Below, piece by piece: positions 20,610-35,204 of a DNA stretch of 57,182 nucleotides (position 1 is its first letter; every line of letters starts with the position of its first letter). Position numbers and translations under genes: made by a program. The DNA is taken from sequence record DRR378314_1779; one strand, given 5' to 3'. Under the pieces are notes generated by a model. The model saw nothing but the letters and a program-made list of their open reading frames with translations, was not told the DNA's origin and ran no database searches.

Positions 20610-21336
20610 CTCCCCTTTATTAAATCATTTGCTGGAGCTCAGAAGCCGACTATTACGCTCGGTATTGGTTATTCTGGTTGTGTTCGCTGCGCTCGCTTAC
20701 TTTGCCAATGATATTTATCATTTTGTCGCCCAGCCCCTGCTGATGAACATGCCGGTTGGTTCGCAAATGATCGCCACAGACGTTGCGGCGCCGTTCTTTA
20801 CCCCTTTTAAATTAACTTTGGTCGTGGCTCTGGCTCTGACCGTCCCTTATTTACTGTGGCAAATATGGGGCTTTATAGCGCCGGGCTTGTATGGTCGAGA
20901 GAAGCGCTTAGTAATTCCGCTTTTGGCTACCAGCACTTTGCTGTTTTATGCGGGTATTGCCTTTGCCTATTTTGTGGTTCTGCCTCTTGCCATGGCATTT
21001 TTCAGCAGTGCAGCGCCGGAGGGGGTCACGGTTGCCACCGACATCTCCCGTTATCTGGACTTTATTCTGGCTATTTTTGTTGCTTTTGGTATTGCCTTTG
21101 AAACGCCGGTTGCCATTATGCTGTTGATCTGGACTGGCACCTGTACCCGTGAGTCACTGGCTAAAAAACGGCCTTACATTATAGTTGGTGCGTTTGCTAT
21201 TGGTATGTTGCTAACCCCACCCGATGTTATTTCCCAAACGTTACTGGCAATACCTATGTGGTTGTTGTTTGAGTTAGGCTTACAAGTTAGCCGTTGGTAT
21301 ACACCCACCCAGCAGGAAGACGACGATGTGGTTTGA
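20602..21336 (+). CDS. tatC: Tat translocase subunit C
   Basis: [28 protein letters not shown]. Start at ATG 20602, overlapping the end of tatB. Confidence 0.96.
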   Translation: MSDSPLLNHLLELRSRLLRSVLVILVVFAALAYFANDIYHFVAQPLLMNMPVGSQMIATDVAAPFFTPFKLTLVVALALTVPYLLWQIWGFIAPGLYGREKRLVIPLLATSTLLFYAGIAFAYFVVLPLAMAFFSSAAPEGVTVATDISRYLDFILAIFVAFGIAFETPVAIMLLIWTGTCTRESLAKKRPYIIVGAFAIGMLLTPPDVISQTLLAIPMWLLFELGLQVSRWYTPTQQEDDDVV

Positions 21337-22109
21337 TGCCGGAGTGAATTTAACCAACAAAAGGTTGTTGAGCGATCTGGACGGGGTTATGGCTCGTGCA
21401 GAGCAGAACAATGTGAAAAAGCAGCTGATTATATCGACCTCTATTGAAGAGGCTGAGCAAGCCGTTAAATTGTGTCAGCAGTTTCCTGAGAAGTTGCTGA
21501 TGACCGTGGGTATTCACCCACACGACGCCGGCGAGGCGTCAGCAAATTACAAAGAGCAGTTACGGGAATTGGCTGGGTTGCCTTATGTTGTGGCTATTGG
21601 CGAATGTGGTCTGGATTTCAACCGGAATTTTTCTCCCCGCGATGTTCAGGAAGAAGTATTCGTTGCTCAAATTGAGCTGGCTAACGAGCTAAGCCTTCCG
21701 CTGTATTTGCACGAACGTGATGCAATCGACCGTCAAATAGAGCTGTTAAACCAGTATTGTAATGACTCAACACCCTGCTTAACTCATTGCTTTACCGGTG
21801 GCGTTGAAGCGCTGAACCGTTATGCCGAGCGAGGCCATTGGTTTGGCATTACCGGTTGGGTATGTGATGAGCGACGTAACCAGGAACTGGTGTCAGCTTT
21901 GCCGTATTTGCCTCTGAACAGGTTGGTACTTGAAACGGATGCACCGTTTTTATTACCGCGGGGGCTGAAGCCGCGTCCTAAAATGAATGAGCCTGCGCTT
22001 TTACCAGTAGTTGGAGAAGCTCTGGCTCATTATCTTGACGTGTCGGTAAAGCATTTAGCCGAGCTGACCTACGCTAATACGGAACGGTTTTTCGGGCTGG
22101 GAGAGAACA

Positions 22110-22117
<8 letters not shown>
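21326..22117 (+). CDS. tatD: TatD-family nuclease
   Basis: [35 protein letters not shown]. Confidence 0.93.
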
Positions 22118-25836
<3,719 letters not shown>

Positions 25837-25837
25837 A

Positions 25838-27115
25838 TTATGACGCGTTGCGCGGAGGTCCCGAGCGACGGCCGCGAGGTTTGCCCTTGCCTCCGCCTGA
25901 GTTATGACGACGACGGCGCTGAATTGGACGCGGACGTCGTAAATCAGAAAGCAAAGCATCGCCATCGTATTTGGTGACCGGAATGGTGTGACCAATATAG
26001 TCTTCAATAGCCGGTAAGTTGTATACGTACTCTTCGCACGCCAGGCTTATTGCAGCGCCACTGGCGCCTGCGCGACCTGTGCGGCCTATACGGTGAACGT
26101 AGTCTTCGCAGTCATCCGGTAAGTCGAAATTATAGACATGGGTTACTTCAGGAATGTGCAGACCACGCGCAGCGACATCGGTAGCAACTAAAAAGTCGAG
26201 CTTTCCTTCGGCAAAGTCTTCCAGAATGCGTAAACGCTTTTTCTGTGGAACATCACCGGTTAACAGACCCGCACGGTGCTCGTTCGCGACCAGCCAGCCA
26301 TGCACTTTCTCGCAACCGTGCTTGGTGTTGGCGAAAACAATGGCTTTATCCGGCCAGTCTTCTTCTATTAATGTCAGTAGCAACGGAAACTTTTCGGGTT
26401 TAGAAGGATAAAACAGTTCTTCAGTTACCCGTGTGGCCGTTTTTTGTAACGGTTCTACTTCGAGCTTGGTCGGTGCATTCATGTGTTCGTACGCCAATTC
26501 CTGCACACGATAAGACAAGGTTGCAGAGAACAGCAGATTCAGACGTTTGGATGGATCCGGCATTTTCTGTAACAGGTAACGAATGTCATCAATAAAGCCC
26601 AGATCGAACATGCGGTCGGCTTCGTCCAGCACCACAACTTCAATATCTTTAAGGCTAAATAGATCCTGCTTATAAAAGTCGATAAGACGACCCGTGGTGC
26701 CGACCAGTATGTCTGGTTGTGCAGCCAGTTGTTCTTTTTGACCTTCGTAGCCTTCGCCGCCGTAAATTACGCCCATTTTCAAACCGCAATGCTCAATGAG
26801 GGCATCCGCGTCGTGTGCTATCTGAATAGCGAGCTCCCGAGTCGGTGCCATAATCAGTGCGCGTGGGCCCGATTCGGTTTTTTCGGACGATTCGTTCTGC
26901 ATTAAGCGGTTGAAAGTAGCCAGCAGAAATGCCAAGGTTTTGCCTGTACCTGTCTGAGCCTGACCAGCAACATCGCGGTTAGACAGAGCAACGGGCAGAC
27001 TTAACGCCTGAATTGGAGTACAATACTCAAATCCGGCACTGGATATTGCTTGCTGGATTTTGGGGTGAAGCGCCAAATCAGCAAAGCGAGTTTCTGTAAG
27101 ATGTTTTTTAGTCAT
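25838..27115 (-). CDS. rhlB: DEAD-box RNA helicase RhlB
   Basis: MTKKHLTE N-terminus, [23 protein letters not shown], basic tail. Confidence 0.97.
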   Translation of the reverse strand: MTKKHLTETRFADLALHPKIQQAISSAGFEYCTPIQALSLPVALSNRDVAGQAQTGTGKTLAFLLATFNRLMQNESSEKTESGPRALIMAPTRELAIQIAHDADALIEHCGLKMGVIYGGEGYEGQKEQLAAQPDILVGTTGRLIDFYKQDLFSLKDIEVVVLDEADRMFDLGFIDDIRYLLQKMPDPSKRLNLLFSATLSYRVQELAYEHMNAPTKLEVEPLQKTATRVTEELFYPSKPEKFPLLLTLIEEDWPDKAIVFANTKHGCEKVHGWLVANEHRAGLLTGDVPQKKRLRILEDFAEGKLDFLVATDVAARGLHIPEVTHVYNFDLPDDCEDYVHRIGRTGRAGASGAAISLACEEYVYNLPAIEDYIGHTIPVTKYDGDALLSDLRRPRPIQRRRRHNSGGGKGKPRGRRSGPPRNAS

Positions 27116-27206
27116 AAGTTATAAGCATATCAGTTTGCGCTTGTATTCAAAAACAGAAATAATACTATTCTAATATTTCCACGCGAAGAAAGTAGCGGAG
27201 AGTACC

Positions 27207-27533
27207 ATGAGTGACGTAATAGTTCAGCTAAGTGATGACAGTTTTGATGCTGATGTCATAAATTCCGATAAACCCGTATTAGTCGACTTTTGGGCTGAGT
27301 GGTGTGGACCATGTAAAATGGTAGCGCCTATTCTTGATGACATTGCCAGCGAGTACGCTGATAAATTAGTTATTGGTAAGCTGAACGTCGACCATAATGA
27401 ACAAACTCCACCTAAGTACAATATTCGTGGCATTCCAACGTTATTGCTATTCAAAGGCGGAGAAGTCGTTGGAACTAAAGTGGGCGCATTATCACGTGCT
27501 CAATTGACTGAGTTTTTAGACCAGCATATTTAA
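27207..27533 (+). CDS. trxA: Thioredoxin 1
   Basis: WCGPC active site; divergent from rhlB and upstream of rho. Confidence 0.98.
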   Translation: MSDVIVQLSDDSFDADVINSDKPVLVDFWAEWCGPCKMVAPILDDIASEYADKLVIGKLNVDHNEQTPPKYNIRGIPTLLLFKGGEVVGTKVGALSRAQLTEFLDQHI

Positions 27534-27542
27534 TGATTGTCA

Positions 27543-27569
27543 AAAAACGGCGTGTTATGCGCCGTTTTT
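27543..27569 (+). terminator. Intrinsic terminator after trxA
   Basis: AAAAACGGCGTG-TTA-TGCGCCGTTTTT GC-rich hairpin with flanking A/T tracts. Confidence 0.85.
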
Positions 27570-27580
27570 GTTGAGAAAAC

Positions 27581-27609
27581 TGGACGAATCGCTTTTTTGG
27601 TGATAACTT
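27581..27609 (+). promoter_or_regulatory. rho promoter candidate
   Basis: TGGACG-17 bp-TAACTT with extended -10 TG. From memory it resembles the enterobacterial trxA-rho intergenic promoter. Predicts a leader of about 165 nt. Confidence 0.6.
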
Positions 27610-27782
27610 CTGCTCATTAACTGTTCATACGGGTTCACCAACTCCACCGGTTAACCTGTTTTTAAATGAAACGTCTGTTTCTGGTTTCGCACTTCGCGAA
27701 TTCCGAATGTTCCAATTGTTTTACTTTCTAGAGTCAAATTAAAAAAGGCTTTGTGTTCAATCGATAACTCGAAAACCCTCCT

Positions 27783-29051
27783 ATGAATCTAACAGAACTT
27801 AAAGATAAACCCGTAAACGAGCTAGTTCAGCTCGCGGACTCAATGGGCCTTGAGAATATGGCCCGCCTACGTAAGCAAGACATCATTTTTGCTATCTTAA
27901 AAGCTCACGCTAAAAGCGGTGAAGACATTCACGGCGGTGGTGTGCTGGAAATTTTGCAGGATGGCTTTGGCTTCTTGCGTTCAGCCGACTCGTCTTACCT
28001 GGCTGGCCCGGACGATATCTACGTCTCGCCAAGCCAAATTCGTCGCTTTAACCTGCGTACGGGTGACACAATTGGCGGGAAAATTCGCCCACCGAAAGAC
28101 AGCGAACGTTATTTTGCCCTGCTGAAAATTCGCGAAGTTAACTTCGACAAGCCTGAAAACTCCCGCAATAAAATCTTATTTGAAAACTTAACGCCGCTAC
28201 ACGCGGAAGAGCGTTTTCACTTAGAACGCGGCAATGGCAGTAAAGAAGATATCACTGCGCGAGTACTGGACTTATCAGCGCCAATAGGTAAAGGCCAGCG
28301 TGGTCTTATTGTTGCGCCACCAAAAGCGGGTAAAACCTTACTATTGCAGAATATTGCAACTTCTATTGCGGCGAATCACCCTGATGCTGAACTGATTGTT
28401 TTGTTGATTGATGAGCGTCCGGAAGAAGTCACCGAAATGCACCGTCTTGTACATGGCGAAGTGGTTGCTTCAACCTTTGATGAACCTGCCAGCCGTCACG
28501 TTCAGGTGGCCGAAATGGTTATTGAAAAAGCCAAGCGCCTGGTTGAGCACAAAAAAGACGTAGTGATTTTGCTGGACTCAATTACTCGCCTTGCCCGTGC
28601 TTATAACACCGTTATTCCAAGCTCCGGTAAAGTGTTAACCGGTGGTGTGGATGCTAACGCATTGCACAAACCTAAGCGTTTCTTTGGAGCTGCGCGTAAT
28701 GTAGAAGAAGGCGGTAGTTTAACCATTATTGCAACCGCGCTTATTGATACCGGCTCGAAAATGGATGAAGTCATCTACGAAGAGTTTAAAGGTACCGGTA
28801 ACATGGAGCTGCATCTGAACCGCAAGTTGGCTGAACGCCGTGTGTTCCCTGCCATCGACTTCAACCGTTCAGGTACGCGTCGCGAAGAGTTGCTGACTAC
28901 GCCGGACGAGCTGCAAAAAATGTGGATCCTGCGCAAAATCATGCATCCAATGGGCGAAGTTGAGGCCATGGAATTCCTGATTGACCGTCTGCAGATGACC
29001 AAAACCAATGACGAATTCTTCGAATCGATGAAACGTCAACGCAACAGTTAA
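27783..29051 (+). CDS. rho: Transcription termination factor Rho
   Basis: [39 protein letters not shown]. Confidence 0.99.
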   Translation: MNLTELKDKPVNELVQLADSMGLENMARLRKQDIIFAILKAHAKSGEDIHGGGVLEILQDGFGFLRSADSSYLAGPDDIYVSPSQIRRFNLRTGDTIGGKIRPPKDSERYFALLKIREVNFDKPENSRNKILFENLTPLHAEERFHLERGNGSKEDITARVLDLSAPIGKGQRGLIVAPPKAGKTLLLQNIATSIAANHPDAELIVLLIDERPEEVTEMHRLVHGEVVASTFDEPASRHVQVAEMVIEKAKRLVEHKKDVVILLDSITRLARAYNTVIPSSGKVLTGGVDANALHKPKRFFGAARNVEEGGSLTIIATALIDTGSKMDEVIYEEFKGTGNMELHLNRKLAERRVFPAIDFNRSGTRREELLTTPDELQKMWILRKIMHPMGEVEAMEFLIDRLQMTKTNDEFFESMKRQRNS

Positions 29052-29058
29052 GTGGCGT

Positions 29059-30531
29059 ATGAAATATCAAGATCTGCGTGACTTTATCGCGCTCCTCGAG
29101 GAGCGCGGTGAACTTAAGCGCATCCAACAAGAGATCGATCCCTACCTCGAAATTACCGAAATATCAGACCGTACGTTAAAAGCACAAGGCCCGGCCTTAT
29201 TGTTTGAAAACGTGAAAGGCCATGATATGCCTGTATTAGCTAATTTGTTTGGCACACCCGACCGCGTGGCTTTAGGCATGGGTCAGGAGTCAGTAACCGC
29301 TTTACGGGATGTGGGCAAATTGCTGGCCTTTTTAAAAGAGCCTGAGCCTCCTAAAGGCTTTCGCGACGCGTTGAATTTACTGCCTAAGTACAAAAAAGTG
29401 CTGAGTATGTCGCCAAAAAGCATTAAAAAGGCACCGTGCCAGCAAGTGGTTATGAGCGGCGACGACGTTGACTTAACCAAGCTGCCTATTCAGCACTGCT
29501 GGCCGGGCGACGTTGCGCCTTTGGTGACCTGGGGTCTTACGGTAACTCGAGGTCCGCATAAAGAACGTCAGAACTTAGGCATTTATCGCCAGCAACTCTT
29601 GGGTCCGAATAAGCTTATTATGCGCTGGTTGTCGCATCGCGGCGGCGCGTTGGATTTCCAGGAATGGTGCCAGCAGCATCCGGGCGAAAAGTTCCCGGTG
29701 TCAGTTGCTTTGGGCGCAGACCCTGCGACTATTTTGGGTGCGGTAACCCCTGTGCCTGATAGCTTGTCGGAATACGCCTTTGCCGGTTTGTTGCGCGACA
29801 GCAAAACCGAAGTAACGCAGTGTCTCAGTAACGACTTACAAGTACCTGCGCACGCTGAAATCATTCTGGAAGGTTACATAGAGCCGGGTGAAATGGCGGC
29901 AGAAGGGCCTTATGGCGACCATACCGGCTACTATAACGAAGTGGATGAGTTTCCGGTGTTTACCGTGACTCATGTGACCCACCGCAAAGATCCTATTTAC
30001 CACAGCACCTATACCGGACGTCCACCGGACGAACCTGCGGTGCTGGGCGTTGCTTTAAATGAAGTTTTTATTCCGTTGCTGCAAAAACAATTCCCCGAAA
30101 TTGTCGATTTTTATTTGCCACCGGAAGGCTGTTCGTACCGTTTGGCCGTAGTCACTATGAAGAAGCAGTACCCGGGTCACGCGAAGCGTGTGATGATGGG
30201 TGTCTGGTCTTTCTTGCGTCAGTTTATGTACACCAAGTTCGTGATTGTGTGTGACGACGACGTAAATGCGCGTGACTGGAAAGATGTTATCTGGGCTATG
30301 ACAACCCGGATGGATCCGGCACGTGATACGACCCTGGTCGAAAATACGCCAATAGATTACCTTGATTTTGCTTCACCGGTTTCCGGACTGGGCTCAAAGA
30401 TGGGAATGGACGCCACCAATAAATGGCCGGGTGAAACCGACCGTGAGTGGGGCGAACCAATCGTCATGAGCGATGAGGTAAAACAGCGTGTTGACGAGCT
30501 GTGGGACGAACTGAATATTATGGAGTCGTGA
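29059..30531 (+). CDS. ubiD: 3-polyprenyl-4-hydroxybenzoate decarboxylase
   Basis: [45 protein letters not shown]. Confidence 0.98.
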   Translation: MKYQDLRDFIALLEERGELKRIQQEIDPYLEITEISDRTLKAQGPALLFENVKGHDMPVLANLFGTPDRVALGMGQESVTALRDVGKLLAFLKEPEPPKGFRDALNLLPKYKKVLSMSPKSIKKAPCQQVVMSGDDVDLTKLPIQHCWPGDVAPLVTWGLTVTRGPHKERQNLGIYRQQLLGPNKLIMRWLSHRGGALDFQEWCQQHPGEKFPVSVALGADPATILGAVTPVPDSLSEYAFAGLLRDSKTEVTQCLSNDLQVPAHAEIILEGYIEPGEMAAEGPYGDHTGYYNEVDEFPVFTVTHVTHRKDPIYHSTYTGRPPDEPAVLGVALNEVFIPLLQKQFPEIVDFYLPPEGCSYRLAVVTMKKQYPGHAKRVMMGVWSFLRQFMYTKFVIVCDDDVNARDWKDVIWAMTTRMDPARDTTLVENTPIDYLDFASPVSGLGSKMGMDATNKWPGETDREWGEPIVMSDEVKQRVDELWDELNIMES

Positions 30532-31233
30532 ATGAGTCAACAAATGACCTGTAAAGCTAAAATTTCGCGCCAGTTGGCGGATGCTGTGTGGGAAGTGCGT
30601 TTACAATTGCCGCAGGCGGTTGAGTTTAAAGCAGGCCAGTACCTTATGGTGGTGATGGGAGAACGAGATAAGCGGCCTTTCAGTATTGCGTCGTGCCCGT
30701 CCAATAAAAGTGAGTGGTTACTTCATGTTGGCGCTACGCCGGACAACAGCTATGCCATGGAAGTGTTGGATAAAGTGCGTGACGATGGGGAACTAGAAAT
30801 TGATGCGCCGGACGGTATTGCGTTTTACCGTCAGGAAAACACGAAGCCGGCAGTGTTAATTGCTGGTGGCACCGGTTTCTCGTATACCTATTCTATTTTG
30901 CAGCAACACTTACGTGTGTCGCCAGAGCGGCCTCTTACACTTTACTGGGGTGCAAAAAGCTTAAGCGACCTGTATTTGCATGACGAACTGGAACGCTTAG
31001 CAAGCCAGTACGAGCACTTTGATTATCACCCGGTGGTCGAAGACGCGGATAACAACTGGACTTATTCTATTGGTTTAGTGCACCACGCGGTTATGGCCCG
31101 TGAGCAAAGTCTGCCTGAGTGTGAAATTTACATGGCTGGTCGCTTTGAAATGATACGCGTTATTCGCGACGATTTTGTCGCTAAAGACGTACCGTTAGAA
31201 AACCTTTACGGCGACGCTCTGTCCTTTATTTAA
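30532..31233 (+). CDS. fre: NAD(P)H-flavin reductase
   Basis: FKAGQYL, KRPFSIAS, IAGGTGFSY, YMAGRFEM; follows ubiD. Confidence 0.93.
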   Translation: MSQQMTCKAKISRQLADAVWEVRLQLPQAVEFKAGQYLMVVMGERDKRPFSIASCPSNKSEWLLHVGATPDNSYAMEVLDKVRDDGELEIDAPDGIAFYRQENTKPAVLIAGGTGFSYTYSILQQHLRVSPERPLTLYWGAKSLSDLYLHDELERLASQYEHFDYHPVVEDADNNWTYSIGLVHHAVMAREQSLPECEIYMAGRFEMIRVIRDDFVAKDVPLENLYGDALSFI

Positions 31234-31288
31234 TTGCACTGAAAGTAAATTTATTTAACTAACAAGCTGCGTTATACTGACGCCGCTT

Positions 31289-31370
31289 TACCAAGGGGTG
31301 CCGGCAACGGCTGAGATGCATTAGCGAACCCTTAAAACCTGATCCGGTTAATACTGGCGTAGGGATGGTA
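31289..31370 (+). ncRNA. TPP (thiamine pyrophosphate) riboswitch
   Basis: P1 TACCA/TGGTA, GGGGTG...CTGAGA, AACCC, ACCTGATCCGGTTAATACTGGCGTAGGGA: the THI-box consensus. Confidence 0.97.
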
Positions 31371-31431
31371 GAAAACCCGTCTAATACAGCCTTACCGGAT
31401 CGTTTCTGACTTTGTTTTGAGGAAATGATCC

Positions 31432-33561
31432 ATGAAAATAATCAATTCATACTTAGCAGCCAGCATTGCCGCTGCGTTATCCAGTGTTCCCGCTTTTGCC
31501 TTTGCAGCAGAGGACACACAAGATACAAAAGACATTGAAATTATTGAAGTGAGTGGTGACTTTCACCGCCGCACCTTAAATGAAACCACCAGCAGCGTTT
31601 CTATTATTGATAAAGATGCGATGCAACAGCGTCACTCACAGCATTTACAAGACACTCTGAACAGTTTGGCCAACGTGAATTTCTCGGGTGGTACTTCCAC
31701 GGCTCGGTTTATTCAAATTCGTGGTATTGGCGAGCGCTCTCAGTTTGTTGATCCTGTAACGCCCTCGGTCGGTTTGATAATTGATGGTATTGATTACAGC
31801 GGATTAGGCAGTGCCGCATCGCTTTTCGATATTGATCACGTGGAAGTGTTTCGCGGTCCGCAAAGCGGACGTTTTGGCGTGAACGCTATGGCCGGTTTAT
31901 TGTTGCTGGACAGCACCGCACCGAGCAGCGACTTTAACGGCCAGTTTCAGCTATCAGCAGGCAACTATTCCGAAGCCATGGGCGGCCTTGCTATGGGCGG
32001 AAACCTAGGGCTGTTAGGTAACGCCCGCTTCTCGGTCAGCCAGTTTCAGCAAGACGGTTACATTGAAAATACCTATCTTGAACGCGACGACACTGAACAG
32101 CGCGACGAACTCACTGCGCGCTTCAAGCTGGATACAGAGCTCAGTAAAGACTGGTTGCTGCAAACGGTTCTGCACTATAACGATGTCGACAATGGCTACG
32201 ATGCGTTTAGTCTCGACAACACCCGCGAAACTTTGTCCGATGAACCGGGTTTTGACCGCTTAGAAAGTCAGGCATTGCGCTTGCAGCTCAGTTACCTGGG
32301 TTTTGACAACAGCCGTCTGGAAATGTCTGTTAACTACCTGAATGCAGACACCGGCTACGCTTACGACGAAGACTGGACCTATGAAGGTATCGCTCCGGGC
32401 TGGGAATACTCAGCTTTTGACGCGTACTTCCGCGACCGTGACGACAAAACCGCCGAAGTTCGCTGGGTATCCGACGAGCCCGAAAGCCTGTTTGGTATTG
32501 ATAGCGAATGGGTTTTAGGTTTGTACTATTACGACAAATCGGTTCAGCTGACACGTGACTATTTTAACTGGGACTTAGGCCAGCCAAGCATTTTCAACAG
32601 CGACTATGATAGCAATCACGTTGCTATTTATGGTGAGCTAACTCAGCATTGGAGTGACCGGGTTAGTACTATAACTGGCTTGCGGGTAGAACGTTACGAC
32701 AATGACTACCTCGACAGTCGCGGTATTACCGCTGAACCTGAAGACACCATGGTGGGTGGTAATTTCAGTGTCCGCTATCAGGCGTCTGACGACAGTTACC
32801 TGTACGCGACTCTGGCGCGCGGATACAAAGCCGGTGGCGTTAATGGTGAAGCTTTAGGAAAAGCTGAAGATCAGGGTCTGGAAGAATTAGAAAACTACTT
32901 GTTAGACCGCTCAACCTTTGCTCCGGAAACGCTCTGGAGTACCGAGTTTGGCGTAAAAGGCAGCAGTGCCGATGGGCGTTTAACCTCAAGAGTCAGCGCA
33001 TTTTACCATTGGCGTGACGATGTGCAGCTCAAGGGCTGGGTAAACCGAGACCAGTCATTTGTGGGTTACATTGAGAACGCCGCTGAAGGCACAGGTTACG
33101 GTCTGGAAGCGGAAATTCGCAACCAGTTTACGGATTGGTTGGCGGTTTTCGCTTCGGCCAGCTGGTTAAAAACCGAAATTGAAGGTTTTGTCACCGAAGA
33201 CGGCACCGATATGACCGGGCGGGAGCAAGCGCAAGCGCCTAATTACCAGTTGAATATTGGCTTTGAAGGTTGGTTAGGCGAGAACTTCCAGTGGGTGATT
33301 CAGGCCGACGCGAAAGACGAGTTCTACTTCTCTGACTCTCATAACCAAAAAGCGGACAGCATGGCAGTGTTGCACCTTGCGCTAAACTATCATTATCAGG
33401 ATTGGCACTTTAGCTTATGGGGGCGTAATTTAACGGATGAAGACTACGAAACTCGCGGTTTTTACTTTGGTAATGACCCTCGTAAGGAGTATGTGCCGGA
33501 AACTTACGTCCAATACGGTGAACCGCGTCGCTTTGGTATCACTGTCAGAAAATCGTTTTAA
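31432..33561 (+). CDS. TonB-dependent receptor, probable thiamine uptake
   Basis: Signal peptide, plug motifs IRGIG and VEVFRGPQ, C-terminal Phe; directly under the TPP riboswitch. Confidence 0.9.
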   Translation: MKIINSYLAASIAAALSSVPAFAFAAEDTQDTKDIEIIEVSGDFHRRTLNETTSSVSIIDKDAMQQRHSQHLQDTLNSLANVNFSGGTSTARFIQIRGIGERSQFVDPVTPSVGLIIDGIDYSGLGSAASLFDIDHVEVFRGPQSGRFGVNAMAGLLLLDSTAPSSDFNGQFQLSAGNYSEAMGGLAMGGNLGLLGNARFSVSQFQQDGYIENTYLERDDTEQRDELTARFKLDTELSKDWLLQTVLHYNDVDNGYDAFSLDNTRETLSDEPGFDRLESQALRLQLSYLGFDNSRLEMSVNYLNADTGYAYDEDWTYEGIAPGWEYSAFDAYFRDRDDKTAEVRWVSDEPESLFGIDSEWVLGLYYYDKSVQLTRDYFNWDLGQPSIFNSDYDSNHVAIYGELTQHWSDRVSTITGLRVERYDNDYLDSRGITAEPEDTMVGGNFSVRYQASDDSYLYATLARGYKAGGVNGEALGKAEDQGLEELENYLLDRSTFAPETLWSTEFGVKGSSADGRLTSRVSAFYHWRDDVQLKGWVNRDQSFVGYIENAAEGTGYGLEAEIRNQFTDWLAVFASASWLKTEIEGFVTEDGTDMTGREQAQAPNYQLNIGFEGWLGENFQWVIQADAKDEFYFSDSHNQKADSMAVLHLALNYHYQDWHFSLWGRNLTDEDYETRGFYFGNDPRKEYVPETYVQYGEPRRFGITVRKSF

Positions 33562-33572
33562 GGGAGCTTAAT

Positions 33573-33830
33573 ATGCAAGTTTCAGTAGAAATGTCGCTGT
33601 ATCCACTGGCTGAAAATTACCTGGATACCATTAAAGATTTTATTGAGCGTTTAAATCAGCATTCAGAACTAACGGTTCTGACTAACACCATGAGTACGCA
33701 AGTATTTGGTGAAATGCAGGACGTTATGCGCATTATGGGTGAAGAAATGGAGCTGCTTTTCCAGAATGTGCCTTCGAATGTTCTGGTTTGTAAATTTATT
33801 AACAAAGACTTAAGGCCGGATAATGCCTGA
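33573..33830 (+). CDS. YkoF/thiamine-binding-like small protein
   Basis: VEMSLYPL...TNTMSTQVFGE pattern of the DUF77/YkoF ferredoxin-like family; RBS GGAG. Confidence 0.7.
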   Translation: MQVSVEMSLYPLAENYLDTIKDFIERLNQHSELTVLTNTMSTQVFGEMQDVMRIMGEEMELLFQNVPSNVLVCKFINKDLRPDNA

Positions 33831-34449
33831 GTCTTTGCTCGAATCCTGGCTTGAGCAGTTGATGGTCAGTTCCCCCTGGGAGCTGACGGCTTTAGTCATG
33901 GCTTTGGGGTATTTAGTTCTGGCGGCGCATCAGCGCCAGTGGTGCTGGGCTGCGGCGGCGGTCAGCTGTACTATATACGCTGTCTTGTTCTGGCAAGGTA
34001 AGTTGTATATGGAGTCTTTGCTGCAAACAATCTACATTGCGTTGGCAGGCTATGGTTGGTGGCAATGGCAGCGTCAGCAAAGCGCAGCAAAGGAGAGTCC
34101 TGATGGCGCGAAATACCCGTTTCGTTGGCACCTGCTGCAATGGGCGTGGTTGGTTCCTCTGGCTGCAGGCATTGCTTATTTACTCTCGGTTTATACCGAC
34201 GCAGACGCAGTATGGCTCGATACTTACACCACAATATTCAGTTTGCTGGCCACCTGGCTGGTTACCAAAAAAGCGTATGAAACCTGGTGGTACTGGCTGG
34301 TTATCGACACTGTTTACGTTTATTTGTACGCCAGCAAAGGCTTTGTCGCCACCGCCTTGTTGTTCGTGGTTTATCTGATACTGGTGATTTATGCCATGTG
34401 GCGCTGGCGCCATGACATTTCGCTGAAATCTGCGAGTGAAGCCGGGTGA
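33823..34449 (+). CDS. PnuC-family transporter, probably thiamine (PnuT-type)
   Basis: YGWWQW, D..TT..SLLA and ETWWYWLVID motifs; in a TPP-regulated operon. Confidence 0.88.
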   Translation: MPESLLESWLEQLMVSSPWELTALVMALGYLVLAAHQRQWCWAAAAVSCTIYAVLFWQGKLYMESLLQTIYIALAGYGWWQWQRQQSAAKESPDGAKYPFRWHLLQWAWLVPLAAGIAYLLSVYTDADAVWLDTYTTIFSLLATWLVTKKAYETWWYWLVIDTVYVYLYASKGFVATALLFVVYLILVIYAMWRWRHDISLKSASEAG

Positions 34450-35189
34450 TTGGCCAGCCCTGCGAAATACATCTGCTTGCTTCCGGGCAGTCGAATCAGA
34501 CGTTGCGACTGCGAACAGATACAGAAGATTATGTGTTAAAACGCTGGCGCTATGAACAGGTATTCGCGGTTGATCGTGAGCTGGAAGTATCTATACAAAA
34601 AGAGCTGGCGCAACAGGCTCTTGCCCCCGAAGTTTTAGCTTACGATGCTAAGCAAGGCTGGTTTTTACAGCCTTACTACCAGGCTCCGTCTTTACAGCAA
34701 GTTACGCTGTCGCCTTTGATTAAAGCCACTGTACTGGCTGAAACGCTGTCGAAAATTCACAATACACGAGTTGATATTCCGGCCTGGTCTATGTCTGAGC
34801 GGGTCGAGCATTATTTGCAGCAGTTGCGTTCGGTCAATTCGGCGGTTGCTGCTCAAATGAGCCAGAAATTGGTACCCATGCAACCCTTGTTAGAGGACTG
34901 GCTCAGTTATCCGGTGTTATGCCACAACGATTTATCTATGAATCATATTTTAATGGCCGATCCTATCCGGGTTATTGACTGGGAATACGCGGGTATTGGT
35001 CACCCTTTGTTTGATATTGCCAGCGCAATTATACTGAATGAACTCAGTGACCAAGCCTCGGTTCGCTTAATAACAGAGTACGAAAAAATAGCCCATTATC
35101 AAATTGATCGGCAGCGTTTAGCGCAATGGTGTGAGTTTGTGGAATGGTTGAATAAAGTATGGCAGCATCTATTTCGACACCTTTCTTAA
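34446..35189 (+). CDS. Choline/aminoglycoside kinase-fold phosphotransferase, probable thiamine kinase
   Basis: GQSN, CHNDL..NH, IDWEYAG..P.FD; GTGA overlap with the pnu stop. Confidence 0.8.
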   Translation: MIGQPCEIHLLASGQSNQTLRLRTDTEDYVLKRWRYEQVFAVDRELEVSIQKELAQQALAPEVLAYDAKQGWFLQPYYQAPSLQQVTLSPLIKATVLAETLSKIHNTRVDIPAWSMSERVEHYLQQLRSVNSAVAAQMSQKLVPMQPLLEDWLSYPVLCHNDLSMNHILMADPIRVIDWEYAGIGHPLFDIASAIILNELSDQASVRLITEYEKIAHYQIDRQRLAQWCEFVEWLNKVWQHLFRHLS

Positions 35190-35204
35190 AATGAACACTT
35201 TGCC

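Noticed and set aside
25837-26007. 365-aa version of gppA
   Set aside because: The extension lies inside the rhlB 3' end in another frame; ATG 25836 fits the family N-terminus.
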